DNA of 64,000 nt from the IMG/VR virus record IMGVR_UViG_3300028886_000002, positions 1-64,000 of that record. The stretch is one strand, 5' to 3'. Origin of the DNA: a virus. Lineage: Duplodnaviria; Caudoviricetes. Each line of letters opens with the position of its first letter. Within the stretch, counting starts at the first letter, position 1. Below the pieces are notes generated by a model. The model worked only from the letters and a program-made list of their open reading frames with translations. It searched no databases and had not been told where the DNA came from. The translations under genes were made by a program, and so were the position numbers. Shown piece by piece: positions 50,422 to 60,529 of the stretch.

Positions 50422-53400
50422 ATGAGTACATGTGTATATAAACTTGGAGGAAGAGTATTTGGTTCAGAGTTGGATTTAGATAATTTCTTATATAATTATC
50501 TCGGATCTTTTGATGCAGACAGCATACCTGATCTTGTATTTAGTACACGATCTCCTAAAGCTAATGTGCTTTCTAAAAAATTGGATGATAAAGCTGAAGC
50601 TTTAAAAGCCAATGTAGTTAAAGCTGCAAAACTAAGGGCTAGAAGAGATGAATTTGTTAGTGAAGCAGAAAGTGCATTAATAGCAAATTACTATGGTGCT
50701 AATATGGTATTATCTACTGTAGAAATCGCCCCAAATACAAGAATAACACCAGAGTTCATTCGCTCTAAATTAAAAGCTAACTTGTTTAATTAGTGGACTG
50801 GTTAGCCTTCAGCTAAATCAACAGGTATTAGTAAAAACATTGCTGATATTTTAGCCGCAGCAGGCTATACAGAGAATGGCAGGCAATTAAAAGCTGGAGA
50901 TATTATTACAGAATAGACATATGCTGGCAATTCCACCAATATAGAAGATATTTTCCCTAAATGCAATGATATATTTGAAAATTATGTATGGCCTTATTGG
51001 GCAGGTTTAGGAAAAGTAGGTACTGCTATGCACCGTGTAGCAGAAATGTTTTGGTTGGGAGAAAGCACTATTTCCATATTAAATGATTCTGTTGTTATAA
51101 CTGGTGATGACAGTTTTACTGGCGATTTATCTAGTGTTTCTCCAGTACTTTCTAATGATACTATACATGAATTTCTTACATATCTAAATAGTTTAAAAAC
51201 TACTTTGCAAGCTCGACATGGAAAAAATTGTAAATTTAGACCTGAGTATCCAGTAGTTGCTAAAAGCTCTCTTCCAGTAAAAGGCAATCATAAGGCTCAT
51301 ATTATAGGTATCATTGACTTAGTAGTAGAAGACGAATAGGGAATACCTCATATTTATGACTATAAAACGTCCGATAAAGATATGGATGAATGGGGTGCAA
51401 TTAAAAGAAGATCTTATATGGCTCAGTTAGGTTTATATAGACGTATTCTTGAATCTTATGGTATAAATATAGAAGGTTCTACTCTAGGAATTTTACCTAT
51501 AAATTTAGCAAATTACACCATAACAAATGAGGGGTCACCTAGAGTAAATTCAATAGAATGTCCTAAAGATGTAAGAGGTCTTCCTTACATTGAAGATGTT
51601 TCTAGAGAACCAGCCTTATCACCTTTAGGAGAATTAACTGCAAAAATTAATAAGTTAGTATATGCTGAAAATGAACTTGAAGCTTTACCAACTAACTTTA
51701 TTAGAGATATTGAAACACATTTCAAAGAACTCTTCCCAAGTTATACCTTTTAGAAAGACTATGATGATGCTGTAAAAGAAGGTATAGAAGCTGAGATAAA
51801 AGAAAACTTGAATAATGGTAAGTACATGTTCCCAAAAATTCCTGGTGAAAAAGAACGTATGGAATATGATAAAGAGGAAATATCTTAGCATATGGAAGAA
51901 TTTTATAAAAAGTATGTTACTTAGAATGATATAGCTCAAAAGCGTAACATATTTTATATAAAACAAGCTATTAGAGAGTAGGATCCCGCTAGACTTCCAG
52001 CAGTATCTTCTGTTAACTATGGAGACAAAGGCGAATGGTTTATTCCAATGTTTTCTAGATATTGTAACGGCTCGTGGGAACCTGTAAACAATGACGCTCT
52101 TGAGAGTTTAAACATATTAGCTTTAAGAAATAAAATCTCTGGACAAGTTAACATCTTTGTTCTAAGCGGATATGACTTAAGCCGTAAAGTAAAAATGAAA
52201 GAGGGTAATACAGTCCTAGGGTAGCATGTTAATGATATTACACCACAACATGAAGGCGTTATTCCATTAGAAGCTGATTTAGGAAACATTGAATTAATGA
52301 AAGCAATGGTAGCTATTAATTTAGCATCTAGATCAGTTCTTCGTAAAGGGGATAAACTAGGCGAAGTTATGGCAATAAATATTTGGAATCAGTAGGGTAG
52401 AACTACCTCTAATAAGCAATTAATGGATAATTTCAATGCTCTATGTGATTATTCACAAACAACTATGCCTAATAATTTTGCCAATGGTAAAATAGAAGTA
52501 GCGTCTGCAACTCAAAAAGTTGCTACTACTATGCTTGAATTAGGTTCTTTGGAAAAAGTGGGAGTTTTAAACCGTATATACTCTAAATATGAAAAAAGCT
52601 TAGTGTCTTTGGACATTGAATATGATACATTAAATAGACTTCGTAAGGAATTAGAGGATGCATATCCAGATTTAGCAAAAGGAGAAGTAGATATTAATAC
52701 ATCCCAAGGGGCTATGTATTCTACTATTATGACTGCTATTTCTGAAATGAATAATGCTTATTATACACAAGAATTAAGAGAAAGTTCCTTTATATCTCTT
52801 AATGTCAATACTCCTGAAATGATGGAATCTTCTAATTTAAGAAGATTAAGAGCTTTAACTAACAATGCATTCTAGAGATTACGTGATAGAATGAATAATG
52901 AAGCTGCCGAGTGGAGAATCCATTATGACAAATTAATAAAAGCCAAAGGTTACAGTAGAGGAGAAAAGTGGATCACTGATAATGATTCACGTCTTTATGA
53001 GAATATGATTATTCATAATAAAGAATAGGGTATTCTTAAATTTAAAAATCCTTGGGATCAGACTACAGACTTGACTAAAGAAGAAAGAGAATTCTTAAAA
53101 TGGTATCTTGATAAACAAGACAAACTAAGGTTTGAAGAGGATAGCACAGAAGAAAGTCGTCAATTAAGAAGGGCAGACTCTAATAGTCAATACTTTGATG
53201 TTCCTTTAATGGAATCTAAGGGACAAGAAAAAATCTTAAATGGCAGAACTAAAGGTTTAGTGGCATGGTTTAAGCGTACAATGCAATGGTGGAGACACCC
53301 AATTCAAAATGCTAAACGATTAGAAGCGAAGGTTTTAACAAATGAGAAAGCCGACGAAGCAAAGAAGACTGCACAAGCTTTTAGAATTATGGATGTTTTT

Positions 53401-55182
53401 GAAGAAAGTGAAAATGAAGTAACTCGAACAAAACTTTTAAAAGAGCACGATCTTAGCTATTTTACTACAAGCGTTGAAAAAATATTCTATGCTTATTCTT
53501 TCTCTAAAATTAGAAAGAGTGTATTAGATTCTTATATGCCTGTATTAAAAGGTATGTATGTAATGCTAAAAACAAATGGTACATTAAACAATATTGGGAT
53601 AGAATAGATGTAGAAATATCTATTAAATTATGTTGAAGCTAAGATAATGAATCGCTCTTTGGTATCTGATGAATACAAAGGTCTAGCACATGCTATGAGT
53701 AAACTTAGAAATATAACAAGTGAGGTTACATTAGGTGTTTCTCCTAAGGCATTCTTATTCTAGCTTATTGAAGGCGTATGGAAAAATAATTCTCGTTCTA
53801 TTGTTAAACCTATGGGACTTAACCAATTTGGACAAAAAGAATATAAAGATGCTTTAATATGGCTTCTTGGAGATGCTAAAAATCACTTTAAAGTAGTATC
53901 AATGGGTGAGCTTATAAATGAACAATATGGTATAAATGACTAGGATATTAATGTACTACAAGACAGATTACGTCAAGGGCAAGATGCTTTAACATTTTAG
54001 GGTAAATTAATGTGGATGGTTAGTGCTCCAGATTATATGAATCGTATGGCTATATTTGTTGCATAGATGAAAGCTGACGGTTGCTTTGATGCTCATACCA
54101 TGAATGATGACGGATTTACAATGTCCTATGATTGTTCTAAAGATACACGCTTTAATAAACTTAAATTTAATAAAAAGTCTAGAGAAGATGTAAATACTAA
54201 CAATCCAGAATATCTTAAATAGCTAGCTCTTTATAAAAGAATGGTAGATGAGTTTAATGCTTAGGGGTATAAGATTATAGATCCTAATACTGGACTAGAA
54301 AGAAAAATGACTTATAATGATAAATTACCTAGGGCTTATACCAATAGAGAGGCTAGAAGTATAAAATCATTTGCAGATTCTTTGTATGGCTATTATAATC
54401 ATGAGGATCAATATCTATTAAAGAGTTATTTATTAGGTGCTTTATTTACTTAGTTTAGAACTTACTGGTCTTCTCTTAAGAACAGATGGTGGCTACGTGG
54501 AGGTATTTACAGTCAAGGACATTGGGAACATATGAAGAACTCAAAAGGAGAGTTAATGTATAAAAAAATAATTAACGAAGGTCAAGAGAATGAAAGAGTA
54601 ATTCTTGTTCCTGAAAGTCAATTGAACGGTGAAAATCTCGAACCATATATGGATTGGAAAGGTTCCTATTAGGAAGGCTATGGTTAGACAGTTTTAAGTC
54701 TCTTTAAAGATATGTTTAGTCCAAATGAAGATGATTTGTCTATGTCTGAAAGAGCCAGACAATGGTGGAAAGGGCAAGAAGGTATTGATGATACTGTTGC
54801 CTATACAAGAAGAGCTAATATAAAATTAATGATTCACGATTTATCAGTATTCTGTTTAATATAGTTAATATTTGGTACAATCATTATGCAACTATTTAAA
54901 GAGCAAAAGAAGAATGATAAAACTAGAAATCTAACTGCAATGGAAAAAGCACTAAGATCTGCTGAAAGAGTAGGACTTTATGCTATGATTCAATCAGGAT
55001 CCGACCTTGGAATTGGTGATGTGTTTTCACCAATGACTGATTGGACTCCTCCTAGCTTTGCAGTAGCTAAAGAAGCTTGGAAAGATATGGGAGAAGTAAT
55101 GACTGGTGATTAGAATTTCTTCAAAGCAGTAGTTGATAATGTAGGATTCTTACGACAGACTAAAACTTTATGGTCACTTTGA
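50422..55182 (+). CDS. Large virion protein (~1586 aa) with PD-(D/E)xK (RecB/Cas4-like) nuclease domain
   Basis: ORFs 50422 to 54886 are in frame. GTAMHRVAE..E..IIGIIDLVVEDE[Q]GIPHIYDYKTS..YMAQLGLY. TGA at 55180-55182. Confidence 0.8.
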
Positions 55183-55194
55183 TTAAATATAGAG

Positions 55195-55241
55195 AAAAAA
55201 AATGGGCCAACACTCCGAAGAGTGTTGACCCGTTTTTATTT
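55195..55241. terminator. Bidirectional terminator between convergent late and early modules
   Basis: A-run, GGGCCAACACTC-CGAA-GAGTGTTGACCC hairpin, then T-run. The loop reads cUUCGg on the - strand. Confidence 0.9.
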
Positions 55242-55243
55242 AA

Positions 55244-55654
55244 TTAATCCTCAATTTTAAGAGAGATTGCTTCTTTGCCTTTAGTTTCTTCTTTAGGAAG
55301 ATAGATATTTAAAATACCATTCTTAAGATCTACTTTAACATTTTGATAATCAATATCATCACTTAAAGCTATCTTTCTTTCACATTTTTCAGAAAAGAAT
55401 TCGTGATTATCATCATAACCTTCATCTTTACTGCGTTCTCCAGTAACTGTTAATATGTTATCCTTTATTGTTACTTTAAGTTCCTCTTTATTAAAACCAG
55501 GAACCATCACTTGAATTGTATAGGAATTTTCTTCCTCTTTCATTCTAACAGGTACAACATAATCAGTTATCTTACATTCAGGTAAATTAAGTTCTCCAAA
55601 CTTGTTAAGAGAATCTCTTAAATAACTTTGAATTTCTTTGAAAGAATTACTCAT
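55244..55654 (-). CDS. Small heat-shock protein (Hsp20/alpha-crystallin)
   Basis: VPGFNKEELKVTIKDNILTVTGER..VDLKNGILNIYLPK. Confidence 0.9.
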   Translation of the reverse strand: MSNSFKEIQSYLRDSLNKFGELNLPECKITDYVVPVRMKEEENSYTIQVMVPGFNKEELKVTIKDNILTVTGERSKDEGYDDNHEFFSEKCERKIALSDDIDYQNVKVDLKNGILNIYLPKEETKGKEAISLKIED

Positions 55655-55656
55655 TT

Positions 55657-56730
55657 TTAAAATCCAATTTTCTTTTCAGTTTTAACCCCATTATCTTCCT
55701 GGTAATTAAAGACATCACAAAGAGGCATCTCTTTAGGTGTCTCATTAATATTGAATTTTTCAAATAGATGTGTAACTTTATCTTTAGTTAGTTTACTAAA
55801 TTCATATTTTAATTTTAGTCTTCCTTTTCTTAATAGTGCAGAATCTACATTTGTTAGACTATCATTAAAAGTACATATGAATTTAAGGTTTAAAGAATCT
55901 CCTAGCATTCCATCTGAAATATTCAATATAGGAGTAATTAGGGTATTGTAATTACTACCTCTGTCTTTTAATACCATTTCACAATCTTCTAATATAAATA
56001 CAGAATCTTTACACTTAAATAAAAAGTCCATAAATGCAGTAGAATTTATCTGAGAAAACATAGAACTATCCAACCAATAAAACTTGATATCAGGATTATC
56101 TGTTATAAGTTTTCTTATAAGGAAGGATTTACCAGTTCCAGGTTCTCCATGAAGTAGTATAAGAGCACTACTTTTTGCTTGTATAATATCTTCTATTTTA
56201 TCATAAGGAAGATCATCATTATAGTTACTCTCTAAATCTACTTCATCTTGTCTGATTGGCATTAAATTAACATTAAATCTACCATTATTATCTACAGATA
56301 CAAATTTAAGATTGGCTTTATCACCAAGTTCATCAACTATACAGTCAATTATTTTTTGGCTTTTCTTTTCATTAACATTAAATATAGTACCCCTAAATAA
56401 TATAAATTCATTAGTTATTACGAATTTATAAGATTTCCATACATGCACGTAACATTCAAAATTCTTTATAATTTTTTCAGTAGTTTCATCAATATTAATT
56501 TTACCTCTTGGGTGATATTCTCCCTCTTCATCCCAATTTTCATCACTAATCTTCTCTTCTACTGTCAATTCATCAAAGAAATACATTACATGTGGTACTT
56601 TGCCATAAATCTTTACAAATAGAGCATAACAAAAAGCATCATCGTTAGTATTTTCTATTGTTGTTGCATCTTTGGAAGCTAATTCATAAATAGCATTTAG
56701 AGTTATTTGTTTTAGTTCTTCTTTCGTCAT
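55657..56730 (-). CDS. AAA+ ATPase
   Basis: LLHGEPGTGKS, FILEDCE, ILNISDGMLGD, DSALLRKGR. Confidence 0.9.
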   Translation of the reverse strand: MTKEELKQITLNAIYELASKDATTIENTNDDAFCYALFVKIYGKVPHVMYFFDELTVEEKISDENWDEEGEYHPRGKINIDETTEKIIKNFECYVHVWKSYKFVITNEFILFRGTIFNVNEKKSQKIIDCIVDELGDKANLKFVSVDNNGRFNVNLMPIRQDEVDLESNYNDDLPYDKIEDIIQAKSSALILLHGEPGTGKSFLIRKLITDNPDIKFYWLDSSMFSQINSTAFMDFLFKCKDSVFILEDCEMVLKDRGSNYNTLITPILNISDGMLGDSLNLKFICTFNDSLTNVDSALLRKGRLKLKYEFSKLTKDKVTHLFEKFNINETPKEMPLCDVFNYQEDNGVKTEKKIGF

Positions 56731-57437
56731 ATTTCAAAATCAAGAGGTGGATAAACTTCATCGTAACTTTCGTCAAGTATTGAAACTGTAGCAAATTTAG
56801 TACTAGTTTCAGGATATTCCTGAATAGAATGGTCAGAAGAGTGGATGTGTCCAGAGATTGCTATCTTTGGCTTTTTTTCTATAATAGCATTTGTAAGCAC
56901 TTTATTACCAGCGCGTTCCCCAGAATAATATCCTTGAGTAATAACTCCCATATTTCCAATATCTGGAGCATCATGAGTCATACATACATCACAGCATTTT
57001 GGTAATGTCTTATATTTCTCCTCTAAGAAAGAATCTACAGACATAAAAGCCCAATCACCAAATTGATGACACCAAGGAGAACCCCAAAACATATAACTCT
57101 TACCATCTTTATTGTAAAAATCTACAGTATCATTTAGGAATTCTATTTTATTACTAGTCGGCACTCTAATGACAGAATGATAATATGGCTGATTATAATA
57201 AAGGCTTTCACCTATAAAATCGTGATTACCCCAAACAGCATACACTTTATCACATGGTAATTTATTTATCCAAGGAACAAAGAATTTCTTTAGCCATTTC
57301 TCACTTTTAGGAATATTACGTTGAATATTTAATGGTACTATATCACCACAAATAAATAATACATCAAAACGATCAGTTATCTGCGGGAGTACACCATGAA
57401 GATCACTAATAGCTTTACACTTTAATTTACTCTCCAT
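56727..57437 (-). CDS. Calcineurin-like metallophosphoesterase
   Basis: ISDLHG, CGDI, WGNHD, MTHDAP, SGHIH. Confidence 0.9.
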   Translation of the reverse strand: MESKLKCKAISDLHGVLPQITDRFDVLFICGDIVPLNIQRNIPKSEKWLKKFFVPWINKLPCDKVYAVWGNHDFIGESLYYNQPYYHSVIRVPTSNKIEFLNDTVDFYNKDGKSYMFWGSPWCHQFGDWAFMSVDSFLEEKYKTLPKCCDVCMTHDAPDIGNMGVITQGYYSGERAGNKVLTNAIIEKKPKIAISGHIHSSDHSIQEYPETSTKFATVSILDESYDEVYPPLDFEI

Positions 57438-57621
57438 TATTATTATCCTTTATATATTCATCAACATAAGTAATTAATGCTTTATTTATAGTTTCTTCAC
57501 TAAATGTCTGTGCTCTCATTTGTCCAACAAAGAGATGTATCAAATCATATGCACAGATTCCTTCGTCTTTAGTTTCTGTTGTAGTAACTAGTCCGTCTAG
57601 ATTTAATTTTAATTCAGTCAT
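57427..57621 (-). CDS. Hypothetical protein (64 aa)
   Basis: ATG to TAA ORF overlapping the next gene start. Confidence 0.6.
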   Translation of the reverse strand: MTELKLNLDGLVTTTETKDEGICAYDLIHLFVGQMRAQTFSEETINKALITYVDEYIKDNNNGE

Positions 57622-57640
57622 AATTTTAAATGCGTTTTAA

Positions 57641-57734
57641 AGCTATTTAGAGAGCCTCTCAGAGGCTTTTAGTTTCTGTCTAAGTAAGTAAGTGTTACAG
57701 AAATAAAAGCCCGCAGAAAGGCTCTATGATAGCT
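57641..57734. repeat. Long imperfect intergenic inverted repeat (~40-nt arms)
   Basis: Left arm AGCTATTTAGAGAGCCTCTCAGAGGCTTTTAGTTTCTGT versus reverse complement of right arm AGCTATCATAGAGCCTTTCTGCGGGCTTTTATTTCTGT. Confidence 0.75.
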
Positions 57735-58252
57735 TATTTTTTATTAAATTTTTTACTTAAGTCAATATTAGATTTTAAGCATATATTTTCAGTAGGAGAT
57801 ACTTGAATTATAAGAGTGTCACACAATTTAATACTACGTTTTTTAGTATTTGCTTGAAGACATTTTCTAAGAGAGTAAGACTTAAGAATCCAAGTTAATA
57901 TTGTTTTCCAATAAATATTAGATTCATCACTCACACATTTTTCCATATGATGCTGTGGTGTCCAACCCATAAAACATCCTATTCTAGCCAATTCAATTTT
58001 TATTTCCCACCTATTAAACAATACTATGTCTATTATAGGATTATGCTTAAAATAAATTCTTTTTGCAGTCTGCTTATATTTAACATCTGATATAAAAATA
58101 TTCAATATTTTACAGTTAGGTATAAAAGGCTTATTCCTTTTCTTACCAATATAGAACTTTATATTAGGTTTTATAAAAAACTTCCTAACTTTCCAGTATG
58201 TTTTTAAGCAATTTTCTATATGTATTATAAAATATTTATTGTTTACTCCCAT
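57734..58252 (-). CDS. Hypothetical basic protein (172 aa)
   Basis: Uninterrupted ORF in operon orientation. Confidence 0.6.
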   Translation of the reverse strand: MGVNNKYFIIHIENCLKTYWKVRKFFIKPNIKFYIGKKRNKPFIPNCKILNIFISDVKYKQTAKRIYFKHNPIIDIVLFNRWEIKIELARIGCFMGWTPQHHMEKCVSDESNIYWKTILTWILKSYSLRKCLQANTKKRSIKLCDTLIIQVSPTENICLKSNIDLSKKFNKK

Positions 58253-58434
58253 ACTCCAGTCTTAATAGAAAGACCTTTGCTTTGTATTAATTTGGTAGTA
58301 TCAAATAATAATAAATTTCTAATATAAGCTTTAACTTCTCTAGGAGAATTTCTAAGAAAATCTTCTATTTCTCTATTTTTTTCTTCTTTCTTTTTAATTA
58401 TATTATTCTTTCTTATTTTCTTCTACCATTTCAT
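58243..58434 (-). CDS. Possible small basic protein (63 aa) needing TAG readthrough at codon 4
   Basis: MKW[TAG]KKIRKNNIIKKKEEKNREIEDFLRNSPREVKAYIRN...GVWE then TAA; fills the gap between thyX and the 172-aa gene. Confidence 0.35.
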
Positions 58435-59281
58435 ATAAACAGTCTTTAATTTCGTTAGCAATAATCTGCATATCTGGATGAGCGCTACTAGCAGTTCTTA
58501 AAGAAAGAAAATGATCCCAATCATCTGAAAATCCAGTTACAATAAGTTCTGTCTTTAATCCAAGTGGTAAGACTTGTCTTGCTTGTTGTGGAGACATTTT
58601 AAGTTCTTGAACCATCCATAAATAATGGTCTTCAGTTTCTTCACAGGCTTTTATATAACACGCTTGTCCTTCAACATTATTATAATACCAATAAGGCTTT
58701 ATAAAAGTAAGTGTATTGCCAAAATTATCATAAGCATAATTGCAATATCTAGTGCTTTCTTGGCAAAAACTTAACTTTCTGTGCCTAACTATTTCATTTC
58801 CAACTGCTCTATCACATACAATTTTAAAGGAATATCGTTTAACATGATTAGGCTCTGGAATAGATAAATATTTAATATCATCCATTCTATCATTCTCTAA
58901 CAATACTCTATAATTTGTAGTAATATAATATAAAGAACTACAAGGCACATCATTGATATAATTTATATTCTTTACTATTCTAGAGTATTTATTGTGTTTA
59001 TAAAATGATATTATTTTATACTTATTATTATAATCAGGGTCTTTTGAAGCCTCTCTAGCAATCCAAGGTAATTCTATTTTTAAATATATAGTGCCATGTT
59101 CTAATGGGGAATAGTGTCCTCTTCTAACAAGCATATCTACAAAGTCTATGTGGGAATCAGTTGTTATTTTATGTTCTGATTTATAGCATATTCTTCCTGC
59201 TTTTTCAATCATTCTTGTGACATCATCAAAATCTTTATAGTCACATTTTAGCATCTCCACACTTGGATCAATTAGTCGCAT
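58403..59281 (-). CDS. thyX: Flavin-dependent thymidylate synthase
   Basis: GRICYKS, GHYSPLEHG, EIVRHRKLSFCQESTRY, ARQVLP, AHPDMQ. Confidence 0.95.
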   Translation of the reverse strand: MRLIDPSVEMLKCDYKDFDDVTRMIEKAGRICYKSEHKITTDSHIDFVDMLVRRGHYSPLEHGTIYLKIELPWIAREASKDPDYNNKYKIISFYKHNKYSRIVKNINYINDVPCSSLYYITTNYRVLLENDRMDDIKYLSIPEPNHVKRYSFKIVCDRAVGNEIVRHRKLSFCQESTRYCNYAYDNFGNTLTFIKPYWYYNNVEGQACYIKACEETEDHYLWMVQELKMSPQQARQVLPLGLKTELIVTGFSDDWDHFLSLRTASSAHPDMQIIANEIKDCLYEMVEENKKE

Positions 59282-59628
59282 AAGATATTATTTTTGATAT
59301 ATTGATTCATTTCATCATACTTTCTGTTAAATTCTTCATTGCTAATAAGATTAGCTTTTATAACAAGAAGTATATTCTTATCTATCTTAGTAGTAATTGT
59401 CTTATGTCCTATTTGTAGGCCTATATAAGTTATATATATTTCATCGTCTCCACGATATTTAATATTAGTAACTTTTATGATCTTAGTGCGGATACCATCA
59501 ACATAAAAACATTTACCTTCTAGATATTTATATTTTTCTAATTCAAGCTCTCGAATCGCCTCATTAATATTTTCGAGACGATTCTCAAGCTCAAACTTTT
59601 CTACCATTAATTCTCCTAGTTTGCTCAT
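59272..59628 (-). CDS. Hypothetical protein (118 aa)
   Basis: ORF overlapping the thyX start. Confidence 0.6.
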   Translation of the reverse strand: MSKLGELMVEKFELENRLENINEAIRELELEKYKYLEGKCFYVDGIRTKIIKVTNIKYRGDDEIYITYIGLQIGHKTITTKIDKNILLVIKANLISNEEFNRKYDEMNQYIKNNILCD

Positions 59629-59786
59629 AGTTCTTTTTCAATTCTTACGAATGTAATACTATAAACCCCAGGAAATTGTGCTTTAAGTTTCTTTAAAGCA
59701 CTTTCCTTATTATAAGCATCAATGAATACTTTGTCTAATTCTTTATCACCAGCGTTATATTGAATGTTATATATATATCTTTTCAT
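59625..59786 (-). CDS. Small hypothetical protein (53 aa), below ORF-track cutoff
   Basis: MKRYIYNIQYNAGDKELDKVFIDAYNKESALKKLKAQFPG...; the TGA overlaps the next ATG (ATGA). Confidence 0.6.
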   Translation of the reverse strand: MKRYIYNIQYNAGDKELDKVFIDAYNKESALKKLKAQFPGVYSITFVRIEKEL

Positions 59787-59820
59787 TTAATATGATTTAA
59801 ATGTTAAACAATGGATTTAA

Positions 59821-60465
59821 TTACTTCTTAATAACTTTATTGATTTTCTTTGTGCCATTGTCATATTCTATAGTAACAATGTTTACACCGTCAAATGGTT
59901 CAGAACTTTGAACGCCTTGCATATTATAATATTGGACTTTCTTTACAGAAGATTCAACATTTGTAATGCCAGTTGGAGGGGTATATGGAGTATAATTAAT
60001 TGTAATACTCTTAATTCTTACTTGAACATTTGTTGTATTATTGTTTCCAATTGTAAATGCAGAAGCATTAATTGCATATTCACCTTCGTCATTTGGTTCA
60101 ACTATATTACCATTTACTTCAACATACACATTTGAATAATTAGCGCTACTAAACTCAAATGTAATATTATTAATAGTTGCATTGTTCAATGATGCAACAT
60201 CAATGGTACTTACACCATTTTCATTCCAGTATAATCTTACTTCTCCAGCTTTATTTAGTCCAGGATAAAGATCATTACCTGCTAAATTACCAATTACTGA
60301 CCATTCAGTGGCATCAAGTCCAACAATAGCGGCGTCATTCTCACCTGTCATATTTGTTGTTGTGGTTCCTGTGTATGCCAAAACTACAGTTTCAGCATTT
60401 GCATACAATGACATACTCACAAAGAGTAATAATAAAAGAGATAATAATTTTTTCATAAAATACAT
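59821..60465 (-). CDS. Secreted beta-rich protein with signal peptide and Bacteroidales T9SS-CTD-like C-terminus
   Basis: Signal MKKLLSLLLLLFVSMSLYA. C-terminus PTGITNV..VQYYNMQGVQSSEPFDGVNIV..NGTKKINKVIKK. Confidence 0.7.
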   Translation of the reverse strand: MYFMKKLLSLLLLLFVSMSLYANAETVVLAYTGTTTTNMTGENDAAIVGLDATEWSVIGNLAGNDLYPGLNKAGEVRLYWNENGVSTIDVASLNNATINNITFEFSSANYSNVYVEVNGNIVEPNDEGEYAINASAFTIGNNNTTNVQVRIKSITINYTPYTPPTGITNVESSVKKVQYYNMQGVQSSEPFDGVNIVTIEYDNGTKKINKVIKK

Positions 60466-60473
60466 TTTTTCAT

Positions 60474-60508
60474 AAAAAAGAGAGATACTATTTATATAAT
60501 ATCTCTCT
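60474..60508 (-). terminator. Rho-independent terminator after ompA-like gene
   Basis: On the - strand: AGAGAGATA...TATCTCTCT followed by a T-run. Confidence 0.7.
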
Positions 60509-60529
60509 AATTAATATAATCGATCTAAT

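Noticed and set aside
51019-51500. cas4 of a CRISPR-Cas system
   Set aside because: It is a domain inside a 1586-aa virion protein, with no Fe-S Cys cluster, array or other cas genes.
4722-52289. Short - strand ORFs and alternative-frame + ORFs in the ORF track (e.g. 13580, 17560, 43548, 44622, 47313)
   Set aside because: They are antisense or out-of-frame shadows of the long code-15 genes, with no recognisable motifs.
385-55182. Mass pseudogenisation or poor assembly as the cause of fragmented ORFs
   Set aside because: Interruptions are almost exclusively TAG, frames never shift, and catalytic motifs are intact.
7469-55182. TGA reassignment (code 4/25)
   Set aside because: TGA behaves as a true stop (7469 with ATGA coupling; 55180 before the terminator), and no in-frame TGA was seen in the translated stretches.
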